A stretch of DNA of 64,000 nt from the human T2T-CHM13v2.0 reference genome, Homo sapiens, in the NCBI RefSeq assembly GCF_009914755.1, contig NC_060933.1; one strand, given 5' to 3'. The translations under genes and the position numbers were made by a program. Position 1 is the first letter of the stretch. Each line of letters starts with the position of its first letter. Below, piece by piece: positions 27,345 to 41,091 of the stretch. The notes beneath the pieces were generated by a model. That model worked only from the letters and a program-made list of their open reading frames with translations. It searched no databases and had not been told where the DNA came from.

Positions 27345-28615
27345 ACCAGGCCCATGGAAAGTACTGCCAGACTAATGCCAGTCTTTCCTTAAGGCGCAAG
27401 TGCTCTTCAGTCAGCTTGTAGTGAATGTTGCCTGGCTTGAGACTCACCCTTCAAGGCACTGGGCTCCCCTCTGGCTCAGGGAAGGTCTAGAAATGCCATC
27501 CAAAAATCAAGTTCTGGAACCGAGGACCCCAACAGTCCACTTGGTACTCTACTCAACTTGGCTGAACTGGTACCTAAAGTGCAAAACAAAGTCCCCTTTA
27601 TTTTTCCCTGTGGTTTTCTCAAGCACAAGGAGTCTCCAATAGCCACCATAGCTGAGAATGAGCTCAGTCTCACTTAAAGCTGGCAAGTCTCAGAGCCTCA
27701 CCTAAGGCCCTCCACATAGCAACTGGGTACTGCTGCTGGTTATTCAGGGCCCAAGAGCTTTTCAGTTAGCAGGAGATGAATCCTACCAGGACTTTGTCCT
27801 TCTCTTTAAGGCAGCAGGTGTCCTTCTGGCACAGGGAGTGTCTAGAAATGTTGATCAGGACCTCGGGCCTGGATAGTGAGACTGGTGACTCTGACCAGTG
27901 CCCGGTCCTGCTGTGATTGAGCTGGTCTCCAAGATGCAAGACAAAGTTCTTCTCTTTCTTCCCTCTCCTCTCCTTAGGTGGAAAGAAGGGGTTTCTTTTG
28001 GATCCACAAACTGTGCAGCCTGGGGTTGTGGGAGAGGTTATGCCAGCACTCCTTTAGCTGCCCTAGCTGGTGTCTCAGTAGGTCATGTGCCCCTCGAGTC
28101 TGGTTCTGGTCCCTCTCATGTAAAAGTTGCAGTCCCTGTGGCCTAGACTGCCTTTCAAGTTTATTTAGAAGTGCAGAGCAATTTAGCCCCTGGTGACAAG
28201 GTTTTAGAAACTCAAGTTGGGACCACTGGGATCAATGGTTCTCCTCTTGCTAGGACTGCTTTAAATGTTCCCTTATTGGGTGGGAATCAGCTGAGTTTGG
28301 CCTGTTTTTTCTTTCTGCTGTAACAAGGCAGCATTGAGTTCAATGGCTCAAAATTGCTGCTCTCTCCCTCCTCCAGCACACAGAAACACTCTGAGCACCA
28401 AACCACGGCTGCGAGGGGTTGAGAGGTGGCATTAGTGATTCAAAACTGTTTTTTCTACCTCTTCAGTGCCTTTTTCAGTGATACAAAGTTCAAACCAGAT
28501 ATTGTGAGTGCTCCCCTAATTTCTGGTTCTTATGAAGGTGCTTTTCTTGTGTATATAGTTATTAAATTGGTGTACTTGCAGAGGGATGATCAATGGAGCT
28601 GCCATTTTGCTCCCC
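27345..28615 (-). mobile_element. L1M 5'UTR, contiguous with the preceding 3' end
   Basis: Ends gccattttgctcccc (reverse complement of GAGCAAGATGGC-like start); internally repetitive GC-richer L1M1/M2-type 5'UTR. Confidence 0.75.
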
Positions 28616-29362
28616 ACATCCCTATAATATCCTTATTTCCTATATAACAGTGTGTTGATGACAATCATATTTTTATTTTATTAATTAGTACAACTAACTC
28701 CAAATCTGTTACTTTTAAGTCTAAGAAAAATAATCTAATAGTATCAAAACTATTTAATACAGTTTAGCTTCCATAATAGTAATTTCACCTTCTGATTGCT
28801 ACAATTATTACTTAGAGAAAAAAAAACAAATCCAGTGAATTTGGATTTGAAAATCTAGAACTGTCCCACCAAAAGCATTTAACAAAATCCTTCCTGGTAT
28901 CAGTGAAATTGTTACTATTTGAGCCTCAAATTTTACTCTTATTATTCCAACTACCTTGGAATTCTCAAGAAATTAACCTATAAATAATGCTTATTAAAAC
29001 AGTAATTCCTGTGATACTATGAGTCACAGACTTAGCCTACAGATGAATTAAAAACAAACTGGTAAGGCTAAAATTAGGTAGCTTAATAAGACAATTTTGA
29101 CACCTTAGATTATGATTACACCATAATTACCTGATATTCACATTTATATAAACATTTCAATAGCTTTTATAATAACCCTCTTTAAGTATTTTAATTTATC
29201 CCATATAATAACTTCATTACAATGCTTAGAGGGCATAACATCAGCATCAGCTATTATATGCTTTATTAACACTAAATGTTAACCTAACATCAAGCACCAC
29301 ATTTATATTGGCTGCTAGAAAACTGCTGTAGGATTAGCACTTCTGGTAATAGTGGAAGGTGT

Positions 29363-29367
<5 letters not shown>

Positions 29368-29397
<30 letters not shown>
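29368..29397. repeat. (TA)n microsatellite
   Basis: Direct reading. Confidence 0.92.
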
Positions 29398-29401
<4 letters not shown>

Positions 29402-30081
29402 CAACATTTTGTAATAATGTAAACATTTTACTTTACATATATATATATATTCAACATCATAATCTCACTTAATTTACTTGTAATATAATGCTGTACCACT
29501 AACTAGTCCCCAATAAATAATGTAATAAATTACTATTACTAGCATATGTATGACATTTATATTTTAAAATACCCCTATAAGACTGTGGCTTTGACTGTCA
29601 AAAGTGCACATCAAAGCACAGATTATACCAATTGCAGACTGAACGTATAGAGACAGGGCCCATATCTTTTTTTTATAACTACTATCCCTTAATATGTCTA
29701 TGAAAATGTCTACCACTAATGGGAATCTAATAACTTATTTAAGTACTGATTAATTAATTTTAAATGTGCTAAGTAGCTTATTTTATCTACTTTTGGGTGA
29801 AAAGCCCAAACATTTCTTCTTAGTTTCTCTCTTTCTAGGCTACAATTAATCACTGAAATTTGTGGATGTACACACTAATCCTTCCCCCATCTCAATAATA
29901 TTCCAACTGATTTACTCTTTATATCTTTACAATTAAAATTATCAATGTATATTTCTATAGGAAGATCAAATTTCCTGGTTTGTTCTTTATTCATTGGGTA
30001 AGAAAATTTGGATAAGTATTTATTACCAGAATTAGCTATTTAAATTATTAAATAATTATCTTGTTCTTTTAGACCAGCTTT

Positions 30082-30137
30082 TGCTCACCTTGAATACATT
30101 AGGATTCTTCTGCTCACCTTGAATACATTAGGATTCT
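30082..30137. repeat. Tandem duplication of a 27-mer (period 29)
   Basis: tgctcaccttgaatacattaggattct at 30082-30108 and 30111-30137. Confidence 0.92.
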
Positions 30138-31402
30138 GGTCTCTGCTGTGGGTAACACAAGTGCCAATAAGTATCATGGAGTCATGTTTTTAAATAAAAG
30201 CTTCACTTCTATAGCCTGAGTAAACCTAGTCATTCTTTTTCATGTCTACACTTGATTGTCCAGCAAAAAATAAAAAGATTCCCTCTTATTTGGGCTTCTT
30301 TCTTTTATGATTTTTCAGGTGTGCCTAATCAAACAATCACCGTGCAGGCAAAACTCTCCAGTGAATTTATTGACTGTAAATAGGGAAGAACATTTTTGTA
30401 ATACTAATGATCCCAATCCTGTTCCAAATCAAACAGAAATAATTGTGAATCAGAAGAAAGGTGAAGAACAAGAGTGTGGATTATAATGCACATACTTGAT
30501 GTGAATATCAGAGAGGCTGACTAAACATAGTGGACATTCTACATGTAAGGTTTTAAGATATTTTTCATAAGGATTGTTATGCTTTTTAGTCTGGTAATAT
30601 AATACAGGTACTTACTTGTCTTTGAACTGACAATAAAACCTTACTGAGGGCCGTAAATAACTAACACTCACTTACCACTCTTGCTAAGGCAGATCTTATC
30701 AGTCTCCCTCACTGTAAAGCTCTTGTATTTTATATTGATTGAGTGTTCTATTTTTATACTTACATTCCCCATATAAAAATATTATAGAGTATTCCTATAT
30801 TTTTTTCTAATCATTCCCAATTTTTTCATTACTGGAATTGTCTAAATTAAATTGAAAGGATTAAAATTAAGAAGTAAATATGCTGTGTGCCAAACATTAA
30901 AGTGTGCATACTAATTTTTAACAATCAGAATTTCTGAGAGACCTCAAACTTGAATTTCCATACATTTTACCTACAACCAAAACAAAGGGCATGCAAGACT
31001 TTGGTAGTGTGTTGCTTTTTCTGTTCTGACAGGGAGATTTTTGACAATTCCATCCAACATACTAGACCCTATTTCACCATTAGATGCTGTTAATTTATTT
31101 ACCCATAGTATATATGCATCCAGTGTTGAAGGCAGATAGGAAAATCTTTACGGGTTAGTGATGAAATAGCTATTTTTCTCTTTACAGCTAATGTAATATT
31201 TACTATGTCCTCCTATATTTTCTTCTAACAGAAAAAAAGACAATAAAAACAAAATAATGTAAACAAATCAACAGGATCCTAAGTCTATGAATAAAACAAC
31301 ACATAACGGATGTGAGCCATCACCTACATGTTAGAGGGAACAATGCTATATAACTTGGGCATATCAGCTCACTTAGTTCCACTTCCCAGTGAAGAAGGTT
31401 GG

Positions 31403-31764
31403 TGATATGGTTGGCTACGTCTCTACCCAAATCTCATCTTGAATTGTAGCTACCATAATTCCCACATGTCTTGGGAGGGACCCAGTGGGAGGTAATTGAA
31501 TCATGGGTGTGGGTCTTTCCTGTGCTGTTCTCATGATAGTGAATAAGTCTCACAATATCTGATGGTTTTATAAAGGGGAGTTCTCCTACACAAGCTGTCT
31601 TGCCTGCTGCCACGTAAGACGTGGCTTTGCTCCTCCTTGCCTTCTGCCATAATTGTGAGGCCTCTCCAGCAACGTGGAACTATGAGTCCGTTAAACTTCT
31701 TTCCTTTGTAAATTACCCAGTCTTGGGTATGGCTTTATTAGTAGCATGGAAACAGACTAATACA
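31403..31764 (+). mobile_element. THE1 (THE1B/C-like) solo LTR
   Basis: TGATATGGTT...CAGACTAATACA; 362 bp; TSD GTTGG at 31398-31402 and 31765-31769. Confidence 0.95.
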
Positions 31765-32519
31765 GTTGGGAACCCCTCCTGAGTACCATAATCTAGTTAG
31801 CTACTCTTCGTTATTCCTTACTGTGATCTTAGGTGAATGCCACTTATGATCTCCTTGAAGTATACCATAAAGGAATTGATTTTTATTTATCAAATTAACT
31901 CTTGGCTACTTAGTTACCACTTACCCCTCTAAAGCACCAAATTAGATCATCTCCCCCAAAGTTCAAACAAACTTTGCATCATAATAGTTGTTAAAATTAT
32001 TTTTACATTTTTTGTTAGTATACTTGTAATTACATTCATTGAAGATAATTTGAAATTGAAGAAATGCAGATTATAAAAATCATTTACTAGAATTCAAAAA
32101 TCAGTGATATTAGAGATAGTTTCTAACTTGTTCATAGTTTTATGCACAAATCCCAAAACAGCTTGGTACATAAAAATAAACATATGTAAAAATGCCACCA
32201 TTTAAAGATACTTGCTACAAAATGTCATGTCTCAGTCTTTCTTTACATTTCCATCTCTCATCGCCCAACCTGGCTAGACATTTATCGACAGAATCAAGTT
32301 AATTGCTAAACAGTGGGGTATTGGTTAAATAAATTACAGTATGTTTACACAGTCGACTACTAAACAATCACTAAAAAAGTTATAAAAATATTTTGTTGAT
32401 CTGATGATTGTTGTTTGACACTCTAGAAAAACCCGTTCCACATTCATTGTCTACAGTTAGTGTTACACGTAGAAAATGGAAGAGTGCATAGTAGACCAGG
32501 AAGCCTAATAGGGGAAATA

Positions 32520-32741
32520 TTTTGAGGAGGAGAATGTGATTGATTGTGTCAATGCTACTAATACCATGTAACAAGAGCTTAGCACTGACCTTTGGACGTA
32601 GTATATAACACTTACCACTGGCCTTTACAAGGGCTGTTTCAGTAGAGCAATAAGAATAAAAACTCAAATGAAGTCAGTCAAGAGAGAAAGGGAGGGAAGA
32701 ATTGGAGACTGCAGATACACATAACTCTTTTCAAGAGGTTT
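32520..32741 (-). mobile_element. L2 fragment, interrupted by the L1PA and continuing after 39492
   Basis: gggctgtttcagtagag...gaattggagactgcag...aactcttttcaagag is typical of L2 antisense sequence. Confidence 0.6.
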
Positions 32742-32955
32742 TATTTTTATTATTATACTTTAAGTTATAGGGTATACGTGCAGAAAGTGCGGGTTTGGTA
32801 CATAGGGACACATGTGGCATGCTGGTTTGCTGCACACATCAATCCATCATCTACATTAGGTATTTCCCCTAACGCCATCCCTCCCCTAGCCGCCCAACCC
32901 CTGCCAGGCCCTAGTGTAAGATGTTTTCCTCCCTGTATCCATGTGTTCATACTGT

Positions 32956-35900
32956 TCAACTCCCACTTATGAGTGAGAACATGCGGTGTTTAGTTTTCTG
33001 TTCTTGTGTCGGTTAGCTGAGAATGATGGTCTCCAGCTTCATCCATGTCCCTGCAAAGGACATGAACTCAACCTTTTTATGGCTGCATAGTATTCCATGG
33101 TGTATATGTGTCACATTTTCTTTATCCAGTTTATCACTGATGGGCATTTGGGTTGGTTCCAAGTCTTTGCTATTGTGAACAGTGCCGCAATAAACATATG
33201 TGTGCATGTGTCTTTATAGTAGAATGATTTATAAACCTTCAGGTACATACTCAGTAATGGGATTACTTGGTCAAATGGTGTTTCTGGTTCTAGATCCTTG
33301 AGGAATTGCCACACTGTCTTCCACAGTGGTTGAACTAATTTACATTCCCACCAACAGTGTAAAAGTGTTCCTATTTCTCCACACCCTCTCCAGCATCTGT
33401 TGTTTCCTGACTTTTGAATGATCGCCATTCTAACTGACATGAGATGGTATCTCATTATGGTTTTGATTTGCATTTCTCTAATGACCAGTGATGATGAGCT
33501 TTTTTTCATATGTTTGTTGACTGCATAAATGTCTTCTTTTGAGAAGTGTCTGTTCAGATCCTTCACCCACTTTTTGCTGGGGTTGTTTTTCCTGTAATTT
33601 TTTTTTTTTTTTTTTGAGACAGAGTCTTGCTCTGTTGCCCAGGCTGGAGTGCAGTGGTGCAATCTCAGCTCACTGCAAGTTCTGCCTCCCAGGTTCACAC
33701 CATTCTCCTGCCTCAGCCTTCTGAGTAGCTGGGACTACAGGTGCCCGCCACCACTCCCGGCTAATTTTTTTTTGTATTTTTAGTAGAGATGGGGTTTCAC
33801 CATGTTAGCCAGGATGGTCTCGATCTCCTGACCTCGTGATCTGCCCGCCTCAGCCTCCCAAAGTGCTGGGATTACAGGTGTGAGCCACCATGCCCAACCT
33901 GTTTTTCCTGTAAATATGCTTATGTTCTTTGTAGATCCTGGATATTAGCCCTTTGTCAGATAGACAGATTGCAAAAATTTTCTCCCACTGTGTAGGTTGT
34001 CTGTTCACTCTGATGATAGTTTCTTTTGCTGTGCAGAAGCTCTTTAGTTTATTTAGATCCCATTTGTCAATTTTGGCTTTTGTTGCCATTGCTTTTGGTG
34101 TTTTAGTCATAAAGTCTTTGCCCATGCCTATGGCCTGAATGGTATTGCCTAGGTTTTCTTCGAGGATTTTTATGGTTTTAGGTCTTAACGTTGAAGTCTT
34201 TAATTCATCTTGAGTTAATTCTTGTATAAGGTGTAAGGAAGGGTTCCAGTTTCAGTTTTCTGCATATGGCTAGCCAGTTTTCCCAACACCATTTATGAAA
34301 TAGGGAATCCTTTCCCGATTGCTTGTTTTGGTCAGGTTTGTCAAAGATCAGATAGTCGTAGATGTGTGGTGTTATTTCTGAGGCCTCTGTTCTGTTCCAC
34401 TGGTCTATATATATCTGTTTGGTAGCAGTACCATGCTGTTCTGGTTACTGTAACCTTGTAGTACAGTTTGAAGTCAGGTAGCATGATGCGTCAAGCTTTG
34501 TGCCTTTTGCTTAGGACTGTCTTGGCTATGCAGGCTCTTTTTTTGTTCCATATGAAATTTAAGGTAGTTTTTTTCTAATTCTATGATGGAAGTCAATGGT
34601 AGCTTGATGGGGATTGCATTGAATCTATAAATTACTTTGGGCAGTATGGCCATTTTCACGATATGCATTCTTTCTATCCATGAGCATGGAATGTTTTTCC
34701 ATTTGTTTGTGTCCTCTCTTATTTCCTTGAGCAGTGATTTGTAGTTCTTCTTGAAGAGGTCCTTCACATCCCTTGTAAGTTGTATTCCTAGGTATTTTAT
34801 TCTCTTTGTGGGAATTGTGAATGGGAGTTCACACATGATTTGGCTCTCTGTTTGTCTATTATCAGCATATAGGAATGCTTGTGATTTTTGCACATTGATA
34901 TTGTATCCTGAGACTGCTGAAGTTGCTTATCAGTTAAGAAGATTTTGGGCTGAGATGATGGGGTTTTCTAAATATATAATCATGTCATCTGCAAACAGAG
35001 AAAATTTGACTTCCTGTCTTCCTGTTTGAATATCCTTTCTTTCTTTCTCTTGCCTGATTTTCCTGGCCAGAACATCCAATACTATGTTGAATAGGAGTGG
35101 TGAGAGAAGGCATCCTTGTCTTGTGCTGGTTTTCAAAGGAAATGCTTCCAGTTTTTGCCCATTCATTATGATATTGGCTGTGGGTTTGTCATAAATAGCT
35201 CTTATTATTTTGAGATATGTTCCATCAATAACTAGTTTTCAGCATGAAGGGGTGTTGAATTTTATTGCAGCCCTTTTCTGCATCTATTGAGATAATGATG
35301 TAGTTTTTCTCATTGGTTCTGTTTATGTGATGGATTACGTTTATTGATTTGCGTATGTTGAACCAGGCTTGCATCCCAGAAATGAAGCCGACTTGATCAT
35401 GGTGGATAAGCTTTTTCAGGTGCTGCTGGATTTGGTTTGCCAGTATTTTACTGAGGATTTTTGCATCGCTGTTCATCAGGGATATTGGCCTGAAATTCTC
35501 TTTTTTTGTCGTGTCTTTGCCAGGTTTTGATATCAGGATGATGCTGGCCTCACAAAATGAGGTAAGGAGGAGTCTGTCTTTTCCTATTATTTGGAATAGT
35601 TTCAGAAAGAATGGTACCAGCTCCTCCTTTACCTCTGGTAGAATTTGGCTGTGAATCCATCTGGTCCTGAACTTTTTTTGGTTGGTAGGCTATTAATGAT
35701 TGCCTCAATTTCAGAACTTGTTATTGGTCTATTCAGGGATTTGACTTCTTTCTGGTTTAGACTTGGGAGGGTGTATGTGTCCAGGAATTTATCCATTTCT
35801 TGTAGATTTTCTAGTTCATTTGCATAGAGGTGTTTATAGCATTCTCTGATGGTAGTTTGTATTTCTGTGGGATCAGTGTTGATATCCCCTTTATCATTTT

Positions 35901-37097
35901 TTATTGCATCTATTTGATTCTTCTCTCTTTTCTTCTATATTAGTCTGGCTAGTGGTCTATCTATTTTGTTGATCTTTTCAAAAAACCAGCTCCTGGATTC
36001 ATTGATTTTTTGAAGAGTTTTTTGTGTCTCTATCTCCTTCAGTTCTGCTCTGACCTTAGTTATTTCTTGTCTTCTGCTAGCTTTTGAATTTGTTTGCTCT
36101 TGCTTCTCTAGTTCTTTTAATGGTGATGTTAGAGTGTCAATTTTAGATCTTTCCTGCTTTCTCCTGTGGTCATTTAGTGCTATAAATTTCCCTCTAAACC
36201 CTACTTTAGCTGTGTCCCAGAGATTCTGGTATGTTGTGTCTTTGTTCTCATTGGTTTCAAAGAGCTTATTTATTTCTGCATTAATTTCATTATTTACCCA
36301 GTAGCCATTCAGGAGCACATTGTTCAGTTTCCATGTAGTTGTGCAGTTTTGAGTGAGTTTCTTAATCCTGAGTTCTAATTTGATTGCACTGTGGTCTGAG
36401 ACACTGTTTGTTATGATTTCCATTCTTTTGCATGTGCTGAGGAGTGTTTTACTTCCAATTATGTGGTTAATTTTAGAATAAGTGTGATGTGCTGCTGAGA
36501 AGAATGTATATTCTGTTGATTTGGGGTGGAGAGTTCTGTAGATGTCTATTAGGCCACTTGGTCTAGAGCTGAGTTCAAGTCCTGAATATCCCTGTTAATC
36601 TTCTGTCTCTTTGATCTGTCTAATATTAACAGTTGGGTGTTAAATTCTTCCACTATTATTGTGTGGGAGTCTAAGTCTCTTTGTAGGTCTCTAAGAACTT
36701 GCTTTATGAATCTAGGTGCTCCTATATTGGGTGCACATATATTTAGAATAGTTAGCTCTTCTTGTTGCATTGACCCTTTTACCATTATGTAATGCCTGTC
36801 TTTGTCTCTTTTGATCTTTGCTGGTTTAAAGTCTGTTTTATCAGAGACTAGGGTTGCAACCCCTGTTTTTTTGTTTTGTTTTGTTTTTGTTGTTCTTGTT
36901 TTTGCTTGATAAATATTTCTCCATCCCTTTATTTTGAGCCTATGTGTGTCTTTGCATATGAGATGGGTCTCCTGAATACAGCACACTGATCGGTCTTGAC
37001 TCTTTATCTAATTTTCCAGTCTGTGTCTTTTAACTGGGGCATTTAGCCAGTTTACATTTAAGGTTCATATTGTTATGTGTAAATTTGATCCTGTCAT
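32956..37097 (-). pseudogene. L1 ORF2 (endonuclease/reverse transcriptase), disrupted
   Basis: Fragments [62 protein letters not shown]; stops, frameshifts and an Alu insertion. Confidence 0.93.
33598..33899 (-). mobile_element. AluY inserted in L1 ORF2
   Basis: cactgcaag, ttcacaccattctcc, ttagccaggatggtctcgatctcctgacctcgtgatc; TSD tgtttttcctgtaa at 33584-33597 and 33900-33913. Confidence 0.95.
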
Positions 37098-37160
37098 TAT
37101 GATGCTAGCTGGTTATTTTGTCCATTAGTTGATGCAGTTTCTTCATAGTGTCAATGGTCT

Positions 37161-38176
37161 TTACAATTTGCTATGTTTTTGCAGTGGCTGGTACCAGTTG
37201 TTCCCTTCCATGTGTAAAGCTTCCTTCAGGAGCTCTTATAAGGCAGTCCTAGTGGTAACAAAATCTCTCAGCATTTGGTTTTCTGTAAAGGATTTTATTT
37301 AGTTAGCTTAGTTTGGCTGGATATGAAATTCTGATTCAAAAATTCTTTTCTTTAAGAATGTTGAATATTGGCCTTCACTCTCTTCTGGCTTGTAGGGTTT
37401 CTGCAGAGAGACCCACTGTTAGTCTGATGGGCTTCCCTTTGTGGGTAATCTGACCTTTCTCTCTGGCTGCCCTTAACATTTTTTCCTTCATTTCAACTTC
37501 GGTGAATCTGATGATTATGTGTCTTGGGGCTCCTCTTCTCGAGAAGTATCTTTGTGGTGTCCTCTGTATTTCCTGAATTTGAATGTTGGCCTCTCTTGCT
37601 AGGTTGGGGGAAATTCTCCTGAATAATATCCTGAAGAGTGTTTTCCAACTTGGTTCCATTCTCCCCGTCACTTTCAGATACACCAGTCAAACGTAGGTTT
37701 GGTCTTTTCACATAGTCCCATATTTCTTGGAGGCTTTGTTTGTTCCTTTTTATTCTTTTTTCTCTAATCTTGTCTTCATGCTTTATTTCATTAAGTTGAT
37801 CTTCAATTTCTGATATCCTTTCTTCCATTTGATTGACTCAGCTATTGATTCTTGTGTATGCTTCACGAAGTTCTCTTGCTGTGTTTTCCAGCTGCATCAG
37901 GTCATTTATGCTCTTCTCTAAACTGTTTATTCTAGATAGCAATTCCTCTAACCTTTTTTCAAGGTTCTTAGCTTCTTTGCATTGGGTTAGAACATGCTCC
38001 TTTAGCTCGGAGGAGTTTGTTATTAACCACCTTCTGAAGCCTACTTCCGTCAATTCATCAAACTCATTCTCCATCCACTTTTGTTCCCTTGCTGGTGAGG
38101 AGTTGTGATCCTTTGGAGGAGAAGAGGTGTTCTGGTTTTTGGAATTTTCAGCCTTTTTGCGCCTGTTTCTCCCCAT
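37161..38176 (-). pseudogene. L1 ORF1, disrupted
   Basis: MGRNRRKKAENSKNQ, SLQEIWDYVKRPNLRL, KEKMLRAAREKG in separate frames. Confidence 0.93.
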
Positions 38177-40302
38177 CTTCACGGATTTATCTACCTTTGG
38201 TCTTTCATGTTGGTGACCTTCGGATGGGGTTTCTGAGTGGATGTCTTTTTGTTGATTTGGTGCTATTCCTTTCTGTTTGTTCTCCTTCTAATAGTCAGGT
38301 CCCTCTGCTGCAACTCTGCTGGAGTTTGCTGGAGGTCCACTCCAGACCCTGTTTGCCTGGGTATCACCAGCAGAGGCTGCAGAACGGCAAAGATTTCTGC
38401 CTGTTCCTCACTGTGGAAGCTTCATCCCAGAGGGGCACCCACCAGATGCTAGTCAGAGCTCTCCTGTATGACGTGTCTGTTGGCCCATGCTGGGAGGTGT
38501 CTCCCAGTCAGGAGACACGGGGGTCAGGGACCCACTTAAGGAGGCAGTCTGACCCTTAGCAGAGCTCAAACGCTGTGCTGGGAGATCCGCTGCACAGAAT
38601 CAGCAGGTAGGGACGTTCAAGTCTGCTGAAACTGTGCCCACAGCTGCCCCTTCCCCCAGGTGCTCTGTCCCAGGGAGATGGTAATTTATCAATAAGCCCC
38701 TGGCTGTGGCTGCTGCCTTTCTTTCAGAGATGCCCTGCCCAGAGAGGAGGAATCTAGAAAGGTGGTCTGACTACAGTGGCTTTGCTGAGCTGTGGAGGGC
38801 TCCGCCCAGTTGGAACTTCCCCAGGGCTTTGTTTACACAGTAAGGGGAAAACCTAGCTACTCAACCTCAGTAATGGCGGACGCCCCTCCCCCGACCAAGC
38901 TCAAGTGTCCCAGGTTGACTTCAGACTGCTAAGCTGGCAGCAAGAATTTCAAGCAAGTGGATCTTAGCTTGCTGGGCTCCGTGGGTTGGGATCTGCTGAG
39001 CTAGGCCACTTGGCTCCCTGGCTTCAGGGGAGTGAACGGTTCTGTCTCACTGGCATTCCAGGTGCCACTGGGGTATGGAAAACAATTCCTGCAGCTAGCT
39101 TTGTGTCTGCCCAAATGGCCACCCAGTTTTGTGCTTGAAACACAAGCCCCTGGTGGTGTAGGCACCCGAGGGAATCTCCTGGTCTGTGGGTTGCAAAGAC
39201 CATGGGAAACGTGTATATCTGGGCCAGGGTGCACAGTTCCTCACAGCACAGTCCCTCAAGGCTTCCCTTGGCTAGAGGAAGGAGTTCCCTGACCCTTTGC
39301 ACTTCCTGGGTGAGGCAACGGCCACCCTGCTTCGGCTTGACCTCTGTGGGCTGCACCCACTGTCTAACCAGTCCCAGTGAGATGAACCAGATATCTCAGT
39401 TAGAAATGCAAAAATCACCCACCTTCTGCATTTATCTCGTTGGGAGCTACAGACTGGAGCCATTCCTACTGGGCTATCTTGCTAGGTCTCCTCAAGAGGT
39501 TTCTTAAAAGGGAAAAGATAAATGGAAACATTTGAAGATGAATATGGGAAAAAAGCAAATACAATGGTAAATTTAACAGCATGTTTATAGGCTGATTGCC
39601 ATGAGCCAGTTTAAAAAAAAAGAAAGAAAGAAAGAAAAAACCTTGAATATTGAGGAAAGAACGGAAATAGTTGCTGGGGTCATTTTGTTGAGTAACAGGG
39701 AAGGCATTCGAGTGCATAAGAAATATGCACACATGATAGTAGCTAAAACACATTTCTCTTTCCTAATAACAAAATAGGAGAGAAATATGCCACAGATGTA
39801 GACAAGTGAGTTTAATCTTATAAAAGTGAGTTTGGTAACAAACTGATAAACTTAGTTTCTTAGTTTAACAAACATAGAAGCTTAGTCAGGAAACAGGAGA
39901 ATGCTTAGAGACTTGAGGAGATTGGAGAAGGCAGAAAATGATAGTTGAAGAGAAAGAAGAAAAACGGGAAAAGCAAATGTGGTACGATTATTATTCTATT
40001 CTGTCATTTGTTTTCTTCCTTTTTAGTATTTAAGTGAGAACAGGTCAACTTTAGCAAGATTGATATATTTTAAAAAAGAAGAAGCAAAGAAAAAGAAGGT
40101 ACTTTCAGTGTATTCTACTTCCTTCATGTCTGTCTGAATGTGTACTTGAACATTACCTAAGGTACTCCAGGGCTGCATGCTGTAGAACCTGATGATCAGT
40201 ACAGACAACAGAAAGAAAACTGTTAGTGTAGTTAATAATGAGGGCTATCACAGCTGGAAAAATCTCTCTCTGCTTTCTCTCTCACTAATTCTGTTTTAAG
40301 TA

Positions 40303-40835
40303 TGATCATGGTAAAAGTCAGCCCACAAGATGAACTCCAGTGATTATTGCTCTCTTGTGTTCATAAACTTGTCTAATCTCCTCCCACATAGAAGTAGGAT
40401 TGATCTCTGTGACCAATAAATATTGTCAAGTGTGATTTCCAGTTAATAAAAGGCATTGTAATTTCTGCTTTGGTCTTTAGGACTGCTTACTATGGGGGAA
40501 GCCCATCCTGTCGTGAGGACATTTAAGCAGCCACATTGAGAGGCTTTCATGAAAAGGAACTGAAGCCTCTTGGTAACATCTAGCACTAATTTGCCAGCTT
40601 TGCAGCAGCATGACCTGAAAATGAACACTTCAACTTTAATCAAATTTTCAGGTGTCTGTAGCCCATGCCAACATCTGACTACACCCTCAGGAGGTACCCT
40701 GAGTCAAAACTTCCCAGTCAAATCTCTTTAAAATTCCTGACCCAGGGACACTGTGAGACATATCAAGTTAGTATGGTTGGATTAAGGTAGTAATCTTTGC
40801 AAAAGATATGTTATTAAGTATTAGATAACTAATAA
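40303..40835 (+). mobile_element. MLT1 (F/G-like) LTR
   Basis: gtgaggacatttaagcagcc, ggaactgaagcctc, aaattcctgaccca, agataactaata terminus; boundaries approximate. Confidence 0.75.
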
Positions 40836-41091
40836 AATTGTTCCATTGGAGAGATACCTAACAAGGTGAAATTGTATGGTAAAGAAAAACCACGTAGCTC
40901 ACTGATTTTCTCTTTTCTTCAGGGTGCAAGCATTCCTGTAAGAGTTAGTTGGAATTTGAATCTGGGTAGGTTTGGGCCAAATTCCCACTGACTCCTATTT
41001 TTAAATTTTCTTCTTCAAACTTCACAATATTTTCTCCTGTCTCACGTTTATTTGATGGCTCACTTTAGACAAAGAAAGCTATCTTAGTTCC

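Larger units (their letters stand above)
32742..39491 (-). mobile_element. Full-length inactive L1PA (about L1PA7-8)
   Basis: 5'UTR ~38177-39491, ORF1 and ORF2 remnants, 3'UTR and A-rich tail; TSD tcaagaggttt at 32731-32741 and 39492-39502. Confidence 0.96.

Noticed and set aside
30082-30137. CRISPR-like repeat
   Set aside because: Only two copies, 2-bp gap, no spacers or cas genes, eukaryotic context
32742-39491. Active L1 retrotransposon
   Set aside because: ORF1 and ORF2 both have stops and frameshifts, and ORF2 carries an AluY
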